Source: Promethearchaeota archaeon (GTDB lineage: Archaea; Asgardarchaeota; Lokiarchaeia; Sigyniarchaeales; SOKP01). Taken from it: 64,000 bases of DNA. The translations under genes and the position numbers were made by a program. The notes beneath the pieces are model-generated. The model did no database searches and was not told the DNA's origin. It saw only the letters and a list, made by a program, of their open reading frames with translations. The stretch is from NCBI GenBank assembly GCA_016839555.1, contig JAEOUA010000007.1, positions 128,001-192,000 on the forward strand, written 5' to 3'. Positions 41,201 through 50,955 of the stretch are shown here, piece after piece (position 1 is the stretch's first letter; every line of letters begins with the position of its first letter).

Positions 41201-42231
41201 GTTGGTCCCGAATTACCCGCTGAGGCTACAAAAATAGTTCCATAGTTATCACTTGCATTGGAAATAGCATCCCATATTTCTTGATTAGTATCAAATTGAT
41301 CTCCTCCAAAGCTCATGGAAATTATATCAGCTCCAGCACCACCATCATTTATAGGTTTGGATACCCATTCTATTGCAGCTATTATATCTCCATCTAAAAT
41401 GCCTCCTGATGAATTCGAGATTTGAGCGTCAATTAATGAAACGCCAGGAGCAACACCGCAATACGTTCCTCCAGAAGATAGTCCACTACTACCAATTATT
41501 CCCGCAACATGGGTGCCATGTCCAAATAAATCTCCACTGCCTCCACCATAGGTTGCCAAATCACTTCTATTAATAATATTTAAATCAGGATGAGAATATA
41601 TTCCAGTATCAAGTACAGCAACCGATACTCCTGTACCATTATATGTAAGATTATCGGCACCAATAGCTTTAATCCACCAATTGGGATATGAATCAACATT
41701 AAGATTACTAACTCCAAGTTCCTGATCTCTAATAACTGGTGTATCATATTCCATCGATTTATATATACTTATGATGCTTGGTTCTTGTGAAATTAATGCT
41801 TCTTTCTCAATCAATTCTAAAGGATCGACCTTTAAAAAAGTCCCGGAAATAATATCATAATTATAAATTATTTCATAATCATTAAGTAAGGAATCAATTA
41901 TAGTAAGTCTCTCCTTTTTAGCGAGAGTCTCAATAAAATTTATAATTATAGTAATTTTCTCTCTTTTATTAGCACTCTGAGGTTTTAATTCATTTAAATA
42001 ATTTTCAAGATCGGAATTATATATGGGAGGATTAGAACTAATTGGACTATCGAGAGTAGGCTGTTCTTTAGTAACTAGACTATTGCTAATTAATTTAGAA
42101 TCTGAATCATTTAAATCGTTAATATTTTTATTATTTGAATTTTTTAAATTGATTAAAACTACAGGCAGAAAGATCTGGCTTACCAAGAGCAATAAAAATA
42201 TTATTGATGCTCGCTTTTTAAAATGTTTCAT
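38236..42231 (-). CDS. Membrane-anchored S8 subtilisin-like protease with GIFT/DUF4350-like domain, C-terminal TM and zinc ribbon
   Basis: Signal/TM N-terminus; VLDTG, HGTHVAG and GTSMSCP triad; ILFDSYH domain; TM WVPIIVALLIIAGIFGILVVIYAI; CPFC/CPKC. Confidence 0.92.
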   Translation of the reverse strand: MKHFKKRASIIFLLLLVSQIFLPVVLINLKNSNNKNINDLNDSDSKLISNSLVTKEQPTLDSPISSNPPIYNSDLENYLNELKPQSANKREKITIIINFIETLAKKERLTIIDSLLNDYEIIYNYDIISGTFLKVDPLELIEKEALISQEPSIISIYKSMEYDTPVIRDQELGVSNLNVDSYPNWWIKAIGADNLTYNGTGVSVAVLDTGIYSHPDLNIINRSDLATYGGGSGDLFGHGTHVAGIIGSSGLSSGGTYCGVAPGVSLIDAQISNSSGGILDGDIIAAIEWVSKPINDGGAGADIISMSFGGDQFDTNQEIWDAISNASDNYGTIFVASAGNSGPTYFTGSTPASHPDVISVGATDINNSLAYFSSWGPSLTYIGYPDVVAPGFNIISTSAPNSVLEKEVKFLGDFFDFKGSANYIPLSGTSMSCPMVSGAIAILKDAYPNISAETARIALYEGAYHLPKSEETYLPKSGAGLINVSASLEYLNIINSTHSDINNITKIFPDILPFKPYDLLNFPGDSQTYNLSVISGKNNTIRIEVPTDLSGIEINLENDYFIFQRAGINFTTLAIKIKDNATVGVQNFSIGITIDGVIANYINISLDIRLPEQKILFDSYHGLNDWLNPELSFPQIGFYEAMSDLADLNISMDYSMEYWQIGYNKSSDNYILTEELLSQYDLIVLQNPILPYSPMEIENLVEYYNNSGDILYLGTQYQHVCSDNINTLFSELGINTMINEENIISEEWIGIGTILYALNTIPKNHSIFKDVNHSLWLYGNTFNVSGAAESIAEVENKSVAVAYNGTSSNKGKFVAFGDLNWLYYDYTSEENDYKQNHELLLNNLMDYFFGKDEISINIKLNGERVNNGSLNISVYVKNTTSNSFISNSILDSNNLTARISNSSFNKSINLSSSIDGIAFNYSYIIPSPSTKPYEISVNLTLGSKTYTKNTKILYYESSAIPNILNLKTSKESVNKGNSIIIEAQMNSSGYLDFNAYLSLYSHRFHNSEKTINQTHLLSNLPLINIYNKAINLPNEPSGYGIFYVIPFNDNYSNPNSPRATFEINNEPPDIDLDNSLFRIGFSGYTKFSDTSSGGYIYVQQAYQGDIINFQIQTIDDDNNSNVEVSVNLFIAAISEPEGGYSTIILIPPASFEEHSLSYNSKLGKYTGSFSIPYSMLFESIQGVKRISTSTGYFPDNYIGILYIDVLDEEGTSMTTPFIIATTITFNYDLFNQLIPSEEQSNWVPIIVALLIIAGIFGILVVIYAIRRKRIIPEYVDEDFASRYPEDSEKYIDRGGLKEEKIIFHCPFCGKALESPKKYCPKCGENISEFFN

Positions 42232-42425
42232 ATTCTTTTATAAAAGAAGATTAAAAATTTATTTATTTAGGTATTAAATTATAAGCAACAATTTAAAGTT
42301 ATTCTAGAAAGTCAATCCATACCCGCGTCTAATCCATAATTTTTTTAAAAATTATTTACTATCTGTCTTAGCAATAAACTGTTTTTAATAAGTTCTTATC
42401 ACTTCAATCAATTTTGTTCCTTTAA

Positions 42426-42540
42426 GGGGTCGTGGATTAGCTCGGAAGATCACTCGCTTGGCATATGAGTAGCTGGGCAGGATAATGTCTTAGCTCTCAG
42501 CCAAGGCGAGAGGCCGGGGGTTCGAATCCCCCCGACTCCA
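42426..42540 (+). tRNA. tRNA-Ala(GGC) with 41-nt intron (42465..42505)
   Basis: Acceptor GGGGTCG/CGACTCC with G3:U70 and discriminator A; anticodon stem CTCGC/GCGAG; GGC at 42460-42462; T-arm GGGGG-TTCGAAT-CCCCC; intron forms a hairpin; CCA not encoded. Confidence 0.93.
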
Positions 42541-42645
42541 TAATTTTTAGTTCTCATCCAACGTACAGATTAGTAAACAATTATTCTCCAAAAATAGAAA
42601 ATAATAATCTAATTTACTTTAAGCACATTTATACTTAAGATTTTA

Positions 42646-44766
42646 TTATGAAATTTCTATCTTGTCTGTGAGAATATTTTCAGCGCCTGCTATAGGTTGT
42701 CCTCCTCCAATTGAAATTTCGACTATACCTGGTTCAAGAAGTAAATCACCTTGCTCATTTACATTTTTAAATTGTGAAGAATCTAAGATAAATGAGACTT
42801 GTTTTTTATGATCTTTTTCAATATGAATGCGTTTAAATGCTTTTAATTCATGAATTGGAACTCTGTAAGGTAAATCTTTTCTACCTAAATAGACTTGAAC
42901 GACTTCATCTCCTGAATAAGGCCCTTTATTTAAAACATCCATTTTTATTTCTATATTTTTATTTTCTTCAATTCTATTAGGTTTTATTTTTAGATTTTTA
43001 TAGTGAAATTTAGAATAACTTAGTCCATATCCGAAGGGAAAAAGAACATCACCTTTAAAATAACGATATGTTCTATTTTCCATTGAATAATCTCTATAAT
43101 CAGGAAGTTGGTCAATTGATTTATAAAATGTTAGCGGCAATCTTCCTGCTGGATTATAATCTCCAAATAATACATCTGCTATCGCATTACCCCCCTCACA
43201 TCCAGAATACCATGCTTCAAGAATAGCTGAGGCATTTTGACTAGTTGCTACTGCGCTTCCGCTGGTGAGAATAAGTATTAGAGGTTTTTTAATTTGCTCT
43301 AGTTCTTTTAATAATTTCTCTTGCATTTTAGGAAGTCTTAAATGCGTTCTATCTCCAGTTGTTTCACCAATAACATGTCCTTCTTCTCCTTCCAAGTTTC
43401 CCGTTAGACCAAGAACTGCAATAATAACATCAGATGAGTGGGAAAATTGTATAGCGTGGTTCCAATCTTCTGCCGGTTCTATTAGTGCACAACCTTTAGC
43501 ATAATGAATTTTAAAAGAACCATTGTTTTTATTGTGCGATCCCTCTAAAATTGTTGTAATTTCTGGTGGATTAGTATAATAATGGGGATAATACATTGCT
43601 TCCGGGTTATTAGCATTTGGACCTATTAATGCAATGGAGTCAATTGTTTTTATATCAAGTGGTAATGTATTGTGTTCATTTTTTAATAAAACAATTGTTT
43701 CTTGAGCGCATTGGCGAGCAAGTTCCCGATGCTTTTTAGAATTTATTATATCATACGGGATTTTAGTATAAGGAACTAGTTCGGGAGGATCAAACATACC
43801 TAATTTAATCCGTGCTCTCAGAGCTCGCTTTAATGCTATGTTTATAACTTTTTCAGTTAATTTTCCATCTTTAATGGCTTTTAATACTGATTTTTTTAAT
43901 CGATTCAATTTTGCAGTAGTCATTATATCCATAGGATTAAGTATGTCGCAGCCTGCTTTTAATGCCATAGCAGAAGCTTCTGAATAGTCTTCAGCTACTT
44001 TATGATATTTATGAATATCCCGAATTGCTCCTCCATCGGAAATTACATAACCTTTAAACCCAAATTTATCTCGTAAGATTTCTTGTAATAAATAATGACT
44101 TGCAGAACACGGAACTCCGTATAACCGATGATAAGCACTCATTATTCCTTTTGCATTCGCTTCTTGGATACATGCTTTAAATGCGGGTAAATAGGTTTCA
44201 TATAAATCTTTTTTACTTATATGGATATCCATTCTATGACGATCTTTTTCCGGACCACTATGCACCGCAAAATGTTTTGGCTCGGCCGATGTTTTTAAAT
44301 ATTTTGGGTGAGAACCCTGTAGTCCTTTACAAAATGCTACACCCATTCTAGAGGTTAAGTATGGATCTTCTCCAAAAGTTTCTTGGCAACGCCCCCATCT
44401 CGGGTCTCGAACGATATTAATATTAGGCGCTGAAAACGTAATACCCGTCCAGCGAATTCTCTCATTCCTTCTACAATATTCATGATGTCTGGCTCTTGCT
44501 TCATCTCCAATTACACTTGCGACAGATTCAATAAGTTTTTCATTAAAAGTTGCCGCCATCGCGATTGCTTGAGGGAAAATAGTGGAAATATCGACAAACG
44601 CTACCCCTTGAAGGGCTTCATTACGCCAATCGTATCGAGGAATATTAAGACTCTTTATTTCAGTCGATATATTGAAAATTTGACTAATTTTTTCCTCTAT
44701 AGTCATTCTAGAGATAAGATCCTCTACTCTTTCATCAATGGGAAGGAGATGATTCAAGTATTTCAT
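42646..44766 (-). CDS. Glycoside hydrolase family 3 (beta-xylosidase/beta-glucosidase)
   Basis: RDPRWGRCQETFGEDP, KHF, ISDGGA nucleophile, GRLPLTFY and FPFGYGLSY; Fn3-like C-terminus. Confidence 0.93.
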   Translation of the reverse strand: MKYLNHLLPIDERVEDLISRMTIEEKISQIFNISTEIKSLNIPRYDWRNEALQGVAFVDISTIFPQAIAMAATFNEKLIESVASVIGDEARARHHEYCRRNERIRWTGITFSAPNINIVRDPRWGRCQETFGEDPYLTSRMGVAFCKGLQGSHPKYLKTSAEPKHFAVHSGPEKDRHRMDIHISKKDLYETYLPAFKACIQEANAKGIMSAYHRLYGVPCSASHYLLQEILRDKFGFKGYVISDGGAIRDIHKYHKVAEDYSEASAMALKAGCDILNPMDIMTTAKLNRLKKSVLKAIKDGKLTEKVINIALKRALRARIKLGMFDPPELVPYTKIPYDIINSKKHRELARQCAQETIVLLKNEHNTLPLDIKTIDSIALIGPNANNPEAMYYPHYYTNPPEITTILEGSHNKNNGSFKIHYAKGCALIEPAEDWNHAIQFSHSSDVIIAVLGLTGNLEGEEGHVIGETTGDRTHLRLPKMQEKLLKELEQIKKPLILILTSGSAVATSQNASAILEAWYSGCEGGNAIADVLFGDYNPAGRLPLTFYKSIDQLPDYRDYSMENRTYRYFKGDVLFPFGYGLSYSKFHYKNLKIKPNRIEENKNIEIKMDVLNKGPYSGDEVVQVYLGRKDLPYRVPIHELKAFKRIHIEKDHKKQVSFILDSSQFKNVNEQGDLLLEPGIVEISIGGGQPIAGAENILTDKIEIS

Positions 44767-44908
44767 ATGGGCTTTATCCTTATTTTCTATATTGTATCAC
44801 CAATCTTAATCTTCTTGTATTTAACTAAATTAATAAAATAAAAATTATACTCTATAATAAGTTCTAGATAAAAATTTTATTATTTTCACAAAATAATTCA
44901 TAGATATA

Positions 44909-45835
44909 ATGGATGCAAATTATGTTTTTCTTCTTTCTTTAAGCATTATTATTATCGGATATATTGTTAAAAAGGTTGGAATCTTAAAGGAGGAGCATGG
45001 GAGAATAATTGCTAAGTTAATTTTAAATGTAACCCTTCCCGCTTTAATTTTGGAAGTATTTAGTAATATCGAAATCCAACCAACCTTGCTATTGCTGCCT
45101 CTGATTGCTTTAGGTCATAGTGCAATAGTCTTAGCATTTAGTTTCTTAATTTTTAAAAACGCTCCCTTGAAAAAAAAAGGGTTATTTTTAATGACTACTA
45201 TTGGTTTTAATATTGGGTTATTTGCGTATCCAATGATTCAAGCAATATGGGGAGCAAATGGAATGGAATACGTCATAATGTTTGATTTAGGAAATTCATT
45301 TGTTGTCTTTATTTTTGCCTATACTACCGGTTTTATTTATTCTCCTGACATTAAACCAGAAAAAGATAAATTAGAAATTAAAAATATCTTAAAAAGAATT
45401 ATCAAATCAGTCCCTCTCATTGTATTATTTATAGCCATTATAATTAATTTATTAGGAATTATTTTACCAGTGTTTATCACAGATTTATTAAATATTTTAT
45501 CGCGAGCCAATATGGCTCTCACCTTATTGATATTGGGAATATTTATAAATTTTAATTTCGAAAAGGAAAGCTGGAAAAATATTATAAAGGTTCTACTAAT
45601 AAGATATGGTTTTGGGTTTATTTCAGGAATTTTAATATGTTTCTTCTTACCTTTTGAAAATATTTATAATGCCGTAATTTTTGTTGCGCTAACATTACCT
45701 ATTGGAATGAGTGCAATACCTTTTTCCGTTGAATTCGGATATGATGAACGTATTGCTTCTACGCTAGTGAATCTAACAAATATTATTAGCTTTTTTCTTA
45801 TGTGGTTGGTTGTTTCTTTACTAGGAATCAGCTGA
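44909..45835 (+). CDS. AEC (auxin efflux carrier) family transporter
   Basis: LILNVTLPALI and NIGLFAYP; about 10 TMs in two repeats. Confidence 0.85.
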   Translation: MDANYVFLLSLSIIIIGYIVKKVGILKEEHGRIIAKLILNVTLPALILEVFSNIEIQPTLLLLPLIALGHSAIVLAFSFLIFKNAPLKKKGLFLMTTIGFNIGLFAYPMIQAIWGANGMEYVIMFDLGNSFVVFIFAYTTGFIYSPDIKPEKDKLEIKNILKRIIKSVPLIVLFIAIIINLLGIILPVFITDLLNILSRANMALTLLILGIFINFNFEKESWKNIIKVLLIRYGFGFISGILICFFLPFENIYNAVIFVALTLPIGMSAIPFSVEFGYDERIASTLVNLTNIISFFLMWLVVSLLGIS

Positions 45836-45921
45836 ATAAAAGAATTATAGTGAATCTAAAATTATATATAAGAAAGGTATGCGGTTAATCTTCTATGATA
45901 ATTAAGAAAAAAAGAATTCTA

Positions 45922-46389
45922 TTATTCAGTGAAAATATTATATGTATTAATTAGCTTTGTCTTAATTGATTTAGCCAATGGACATCTATTTTCTGTAATT
46001 TCTAAAATTCTCCTTGCCTTCTTTTCTCTCATAGAGGATGGTATCGTAAGCGTGATATCTTGCTCTATTTTTTCCATCATTTTTACTCCAGTACTGGTAC
46101 CTACATAACCCTTAGATTCTATTTCTAATTCTGTATAATTAAAATTGGAATTAGAACAAACGACTGTGAAAGTGGTAAAAAAGCATCCAGATATCGCAGC
46201 AAGAAAATAGTGTTCCGGAGTATATAGTTTTTCTCTATTTTGTCCTTCCGGCCCCTCATAGGCGACTGGGAGTTGAAAAGTTAATTCTGGTAAAGAAGAA
46301 TTTTTGGGATTATTAATTTTATGGATTCTTTTTCTTGGATTTTCAGTCAAAGGGCCACTTCTCAATAATAAGTTAAATTCATCAGCCAT
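45922..46389 (-). CDS. OsmC/Ohr family protein
   Basis: PEHYFLAAISGC ... RCPLAKSI two-Cys pattern. Confidence 0.85.
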   Translation of the reverse strand: MADEFNLLLRSGPLTENPRKRIHKINNPKNSSLPELTFQLPVAYEGPEGQNREKLYTPEHYFLAAISGCFFTTFTVVCSNSNFNYTELEIESKGYVGTSTGVKMMEKIEQDITLTIPSSMREKKARRILEITENRCPLAKSIKTKLINTYNIFTE

Positions 46390-46524
46390 TTTAATACCTC
46401 TGGAATTGGATAAATTTTATTTATTTGTTTTTTTGATTTTCTTTAAATTTTATTTAATTTTAAGTAATTTTATCTTATATTTGTTTAAAATATTTTAGTA
46501 AATAGCAAAAAAGAGTCTAAAATA

Positions 46525-47232
46525 CTATAATTTTATCAAAACATTTCCATCCTCTTGTCCGATATACGCTTTTGTAGTCATCCCTAAGAATAATCCTGTG
46601 TCAACTATGCCTGGTATATTCAGCAATTTCTGATTAAGTTCTGATGGGTTTTTAATAATTCCAAAATCCACATCAATGATAAAATTGCCGTTATCCGTAA
46701 CAAGAGGGCCCGCTTTGGCTTTTGCCATCCTTAATAGTGGTTTTCCGTCCATTTTTTCTAATTTTTTCATAATAGGGACATAAGCTTTTGGAATGACTTC
46801 TATTGGAACCCCTTTCTTCCATTTTTCACCTAAGAAAGTCGAATCTTTTCTAAAATCAGCAATTATAATCAATTTTTTAGAATTATAGGCAATTATTTTC
46901 TCCTGGACTAAACACCCTCCGCCACCTTTAATAAGATTTAAGTTTTTATCAATTTCATCGGCACCATCAATATCTAAATCAATATTCGGATATTGATCTA
47001 AAGTTCCTAAAGTTAATCCATGATCGATAATTAGTTTATACGCTTGAAATGAGCTGGGTATACATATCAATCCTAAATCATTTTTTTTATTCATTTCTGC
47101 TACTTTCTCGATAGCATATACTATAGTGGACCCACTTCCCAATCCTAGTATCATGCCTTTTTTCACGTTCTCTTCTACAGCTTTTTCTGCAGCATTTTTC
47201 TTAGCATTTTCAATTCCTTTATTTTGAGACAT
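46525..47232 (-). CDS. rpiA: Ribose-5-phosphate isomerase A
   Basis: GLGSGST, DGADE, KGGGG and TDNGN. Confidence 0.96.
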   Translation of the reverse strand: MSQNKGIENAKKNAAEKAVEENVKKGMILGLGSGSTIVYAIEKVAEMNKKNDLGLICIPSSFQAYKLIIDHGLTLGTLDQYPNIDLDIDGADEIDKNLNLIKGGGGCLVQEKIIAYNSKKLIIIADFRKDSTFLGEKWKKGVPIEVIPKAYVPIMKKLEKMDGKPLLRMAKAKAGPLVTDNGNFIIDVDFGIIKNPSELNQKLLNIPGIVDTGLFLGMTTKAYIGQEDGNVLIKL

Positions 47233-47254
47233 CTTAATTTCACTTTTAGACTTT

Positions 47255-47674
47255 TTAATCTAATAATTTTAATATTCTAATTGCTAAATAGGCAGCATTT
47301 TCACCTCTATCAATTCCCACCGTTGCAACCGGAACACCAGGCGGCATCTGAGCAGTCGATAGCAACGCATCAAGCCCTCCTAATTTTGCAGAAACGGGTA
47401 CACCAATAACGGGTTTATCTGTTTTAGAAGCAATCACACCTGGTAGTGCTGCTGAAAGTCCTGCGACAGCAATAAATATAAGTGCTTCACTTTCTTTTAT
47501 ATATTCATCAAGTTTTTCTGGATCTCTATGCACAGAGATTATTTGGAATTCATGGGGAATCTTATTTTCTTTTAATACATCTAGCGTCTTAGTATAAACA
47601 TGTTCATCAGATTTGCTCCCAGCAATAATTGCTACTCTAATTTTTTGACTAATTTTTTTACTATTCTTACTCAT
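47255..47674 (-). CDS. purE: AIR carboxylase / N5-CAIR mutase
   Basis: [24 protein letters not shown] and [11 protein letters not shown]. Confidence 0.94.
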   Translation of the reverse strand: MSKNSKKISQKIRVAIIAGSKSDEHVYTKTLDVLKENKIPHEFQIISVHRDPEKLDEYIKESEALIFIAVAGLSAALPGVIASKTDKPVIGVPVSAKLGGLDALLSTAQMPPGVPVATVGIDRGENAAYLAIRILKLLD

Positions 47675-47902
47675 ACTATGTGTTAATTATTTTTTAATTA
47701 TTTATTTTTTTAAATTAAAGAATGATCTTGAACATTTAATGTAAATTTTTATGTTTTTAATATAAATAATTATGATCTTCCTCAATAGTATGCCTTTTAA
47801 GATTCATAAAGATTTTCAAAAACTTTAATTAATTTTTTAAATTTCATAAATTATTAAACTAATCATATTAGTTAAATAAAAGCAAGAGTTGAAAAAATTA
47901 AA

Positions 47903-49222
47903 ATGCCAGAAACAAAAGAAGTTTGGATGATAGATTATGCGAGAACTCCATTCTCTCGTTCTAGACCGAAAACTCCGGAACGAGATGTATTTGGTGAGAT
48001 TCGCGGTGATGAGCTTTTAGCTACCTTATTGATGAAGTTTTTTGATCAGAAATTAGCTGATAAAGGCATCCTGAAATCAGATATTGACGAGGCGACTGTT
48101 GGAACTGCTATGGGAGTATATGAAAATTGGACCTACGGGGGTAGGCTCCCATTATTTTTGGCTAAGTTTCCCGCAGACACACCTGGATTATTTGTAGACC
48201 GTCAATGCGGCTCGGCCGGAAGCGGTATGCATGTTGGCATCATGGAAATAATGCTCGGTTATAGCAAATGCACCTTAGCCACAGGGGTAGAACATATGAC
48301 AAGAGTTTCAATGCAAAATGATTGGGTGAGACCAAACTTAAAAATGATTAATAAGAATAGTGAATGGTATAGACCCGAGTATGATTTATTAACTACAATC
48401 AACATGATTCAAACTGCTCAAAAGCTTTATGAACAAGAGACTCCGTATTTTACCAAAGAAGATTTAGATAAATTTGGTGTGCGCAGTCATAATTTAACGG
48501 TCAAATCTCAAGAAGAAAACTGGTTCACAAGTGGTGTATGGGGTGGGGAAATTATACCAATTGAAGCTCACGCTGAAGGAAATGTTGAAGAGAAAATGAT
48601 TGTCGATAAAGATATGGCAGCTCGTAAATCCAAATTGGAGGTTGTAAGCCAATTAACTAGATTATCGAAACCATTTTATTTAAAGCAGAATATATATGGA
48701 GAAGATATTGGGGGACGAAGTGGATATGCGGAACGAGAAGGTACAAAAGATGGTGTTATAACACCTGGAAACTCATCCCCTCTAAATGCAGGTGCTACAG
48801 CAGCGGTATTAATGGAGGCTGAAGAAGCTAAAAAGAGAGGGCTTGAACCTTTGGCTAAAATTGTGTCAATTGGTTGGGCAGCTGTGGATCCTTCTGTAAT
48901 GGGTCGTGGACCGGTTCCAGCAACAGAAATGGCACTCAAACATGCGGGTATGAAAGCAGAAGATATTGATTATTGGGAGATTAATGAGGCGTTCTGTATT
49001 GTTACTTTGAACTGTATGAGAGCTTTTAATATTCCAGAAGAAAAAGTTAATGTAATGGGCGGAAGTACCGCAATTGGTCATCCATTAGGGTCAACAATGG
49101 TTCGTTTACCCGGTACCCTCGCGAGAATTTTACGAGATAAAGGCGCAAAATATGGTTTGGCAAATGCCTGTTGTGGTGGCGGTCAAGGAGTAGCTGTACT
49201 TATTGAGAATCCTGACGCATAA
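47903..49222 (+). CDS. Thiolase (acetyl-CoA C-acyltransferase)
   Basis: RQCGSA, EINEAF, GHPLG and ACCGGGQG. Confidence 0.94.
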   Translation: MPETKEVWMIDYARTPFSRSRPKTPERDVFGEIRGDELLATLLMKFFDQKLADKGILKSDIDEATVGTAMGVYENWTYGGRLPLFLAKFPADTPGLFVDRQCGSAGSGMHVGIMEIMLGYSKCTLATGVEHMTRVSMQNDWVRPNLKMINKNSEWYRPEYDLLTTINMIQTAQKLYEQETPYFTKEDLDKFGVRSHNLTVKSQEENWFTSGVWGGEIIPIEAHAEGNVEEKMIVDKDMAARKSKLEVVSQLTRLSKPFYLKQNIYGEDIGGRSGYAEREGTKDGVITPGNSSPLNAGATAAVLMEAEEAKKRGLEPLAKIVSIGWAAVDPSVMGRGPVPATEMALKHAGMKAEDIDYWEINEAFCIVTLNCMRAFNIPEEKVNVMGGSTAIGHPLGSTMVRLPGTLARILRDKGAKYGLANACCGGGQGVAVLIENPDA

Positions 49223-49358
49223 AATCTTTACTTTTTTATTTTTCTCTTAATTTATTTTATATTTGTATTCTTTTTTAGAATCAAGAAGTTATTTGAATTT
49301 AGTTTAAATTTTTCTATTTTTCACACAAGGTAAAAATATTATTGATCTCATTAAAAAA

Positions 49359-50102
49359 CTAGAAAATATCATTGAGATTTAAATTTTTAAGGAATTGTGG
49401 TAATGTTTTTTTATTTAGAACAAGATACTCACCATCTATCTCAAATTCATAATTTTCAGCCCAATCAACTATAAATTTCATAAGCTCATTTCTTTCAATA
49501 CTTAAAATATCCTGAATATCAGTGATATTAATCTTTTTTGAGACTCTAAACAAAGATTTAAGTTGTTCGAGGATAATATTTTCTGAGGTTTGACCTTCTA
49601 TTCTTGAGGTATCATCAAGCTTCTTTTCTACGATTTTTTTTGCGTCTTTAGCATATAAAAAATTTGCGTCAATCTCTAATGCCCTTTTATACGCTTTAAG
49701 TGCCTTTTCCAGCAATCCCTTATCTTCATAAACCAAGCCAATATTATAATAACAAAATTTATACTCTGGGTTCAATTTCAGTACCTCTTTAAATTTTATT
49801 AAGGCTTCATCGTGTTTCCCCAATGAAAATAAAGCAATTCCCAAATTATATATCGCACGATAATTTTCAGGCTCAAGATCGATAATTTCTTGATAACATT
49901 TACAAGTTTTTGGGTAATCTATCACCCAATCATCCATTAACCATCCTGCATAATCAAATAATAATTTTATTAATACTGCTTTAATCTTTTGAGAGTTTTT
50001 ATTTTTATCCAACAGATTTTTAATAAGGTTAATGCTTTTTTCATACTCTCCTTTATCTTTTAAAGCTAATGCTTCTTCAATTGTCTCATCCGCGCTTGCC
50101 AT
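49359..50102 (-). CDS. TPR protein with C-terminal winged-helix (PCI-like) domain
   Basis: YNLG/YNIG TPR units, then LFRVSKKINITDIQDILSI...FEIDGEYLVL. Confidence 0.75.
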   Translation of the reverse strand: MASADETIEEALALKDKGEYEKSINLIKNLLDKNKNSQKIKAVLIKLLFDYAGWLMDDWVIDYPKTCKCYQEIIDLEPENYRAIYNLGIALFSLGKHDEALIKFKEVLKLNPEYKFCYYNIGLVYEDKGLLEKALKAYKRALEIDANFLYAKDAKKIVEKKLDDTSRIEGQTSENIILEQLKSLFRVSKKINITDIQDILSIERNELMKFIVDWAENYEFEIDGEYLVLNKKTLPQFLKNLNLNDIF

Positions 50103-50138
50103 ATGAATATCACTTGTTTTGCTAATTACTAATGATAG

Positions 50139-50759
50139 AAATCCTTAAGAGTAAAAGAATTTAATGATTCTCAAGAATTTGATATTGGCATTTCTCCTGA
50201 AGACCTTTACTGGTCTCAATATGCCCAAGTAATCGCCTTGGAAATGAATTCCGACCCCAATGGTAATAGTGTGCCGGGAGGCGCCTATGCCGTAGATGCC
50301 TCTAATGACTTATACAAATTAACGGTATATGTTGATGAAGTATATTACGATGATGAGCATGAGGGCTGGTTGATGGGCGATGGGGAAATGTACCTTAAAT
50401 TATGGATTGGCGAAGCCTATTTTCCAAGCTACGCAGCTGGTGGCGATTCAAATGATAATCATTTAGATAAAATTGATGATGCAAATGATGATTATGAAAG
50501 TTGTGGAAAAAAGGAGGCGTTAGATTGGAATAATTACCATTATGCCTTAGTCTCATATGATTCCTATATGAAGGTTCGTGTTCAGGCTTCTGAATACGAT
50601 TCAACACTTGGAGATGATGATTATCCCGTATTCCAGTGGTGGTTTAATCCATCTCAATGGCACGGATATATAAATAATGGATGGTATTGGTCTGGAAATC
50701 GCTATGATATGGGAGATTGTCGTTATACAATCTGGTTCCGAATAGACTCGGTCTATTAG
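50139..50759 (+). CDS. Hypothetical acidic/aromatic beta-rich protein, probably a 5'-truncated fragment
   Basis: Track ORF 50238..50759 starts at TTG, but the frame is open and protein-like from 50139 with no start codon, only 36 nt from the divergent TPR gene start. Confidence 0.55.
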   Translation, partial: KSLRVKEFNDSQEFDIGISPEDLYWSQYAQVIALEMNSDPNGNSVPGGAYAVDASNDLYKLTVYVDEVYYDDEHEGWLMGDGEMYLKLWIGEAYFPSYAAGGDSNDNHLDKIDDANDDYESCGKKEALDWNNYHYALVSYDSYMKVRVQASEYDSTLGDDDYPVFQWWFNPSQWHGYINNGWYWSGNRYDMGDCRYTIWFRIDSVY

Positions 50760-50835
50760 GTTTCGCAATAAAATAAAAAATCTTATCATTTTTTTTTTTT
50801 AATAAATTACTTTTTCTTTTAAGATTTTTTTTATG

Positions 50836-50856
50836 ATTTTATCAAAGTGGAATATG
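50836..50856 (+). repeat. Direct repeat copy 1 flanking the SIR2-TPR gene
   Basis: attttatcaaagtggaatatg, identical to 53866..53886, with imperfect similarity extending on both sides. Confidence 0.8.
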
Positions 50857-50955
50857 TTTAAGACTTTTGAGAAGTACTATTTGAGAAACTTGAAGACAAT
50901 TTGTTTCTTAAACCAATAAAAAAGAAATTACTAAAAAAAAATTGAAGATTGAATA

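Noticed and set aside
42426-42540. tRNA as the integration site of an island
   Set aside because: No duplicated tRNA 3' end or integrase was seen in the window.
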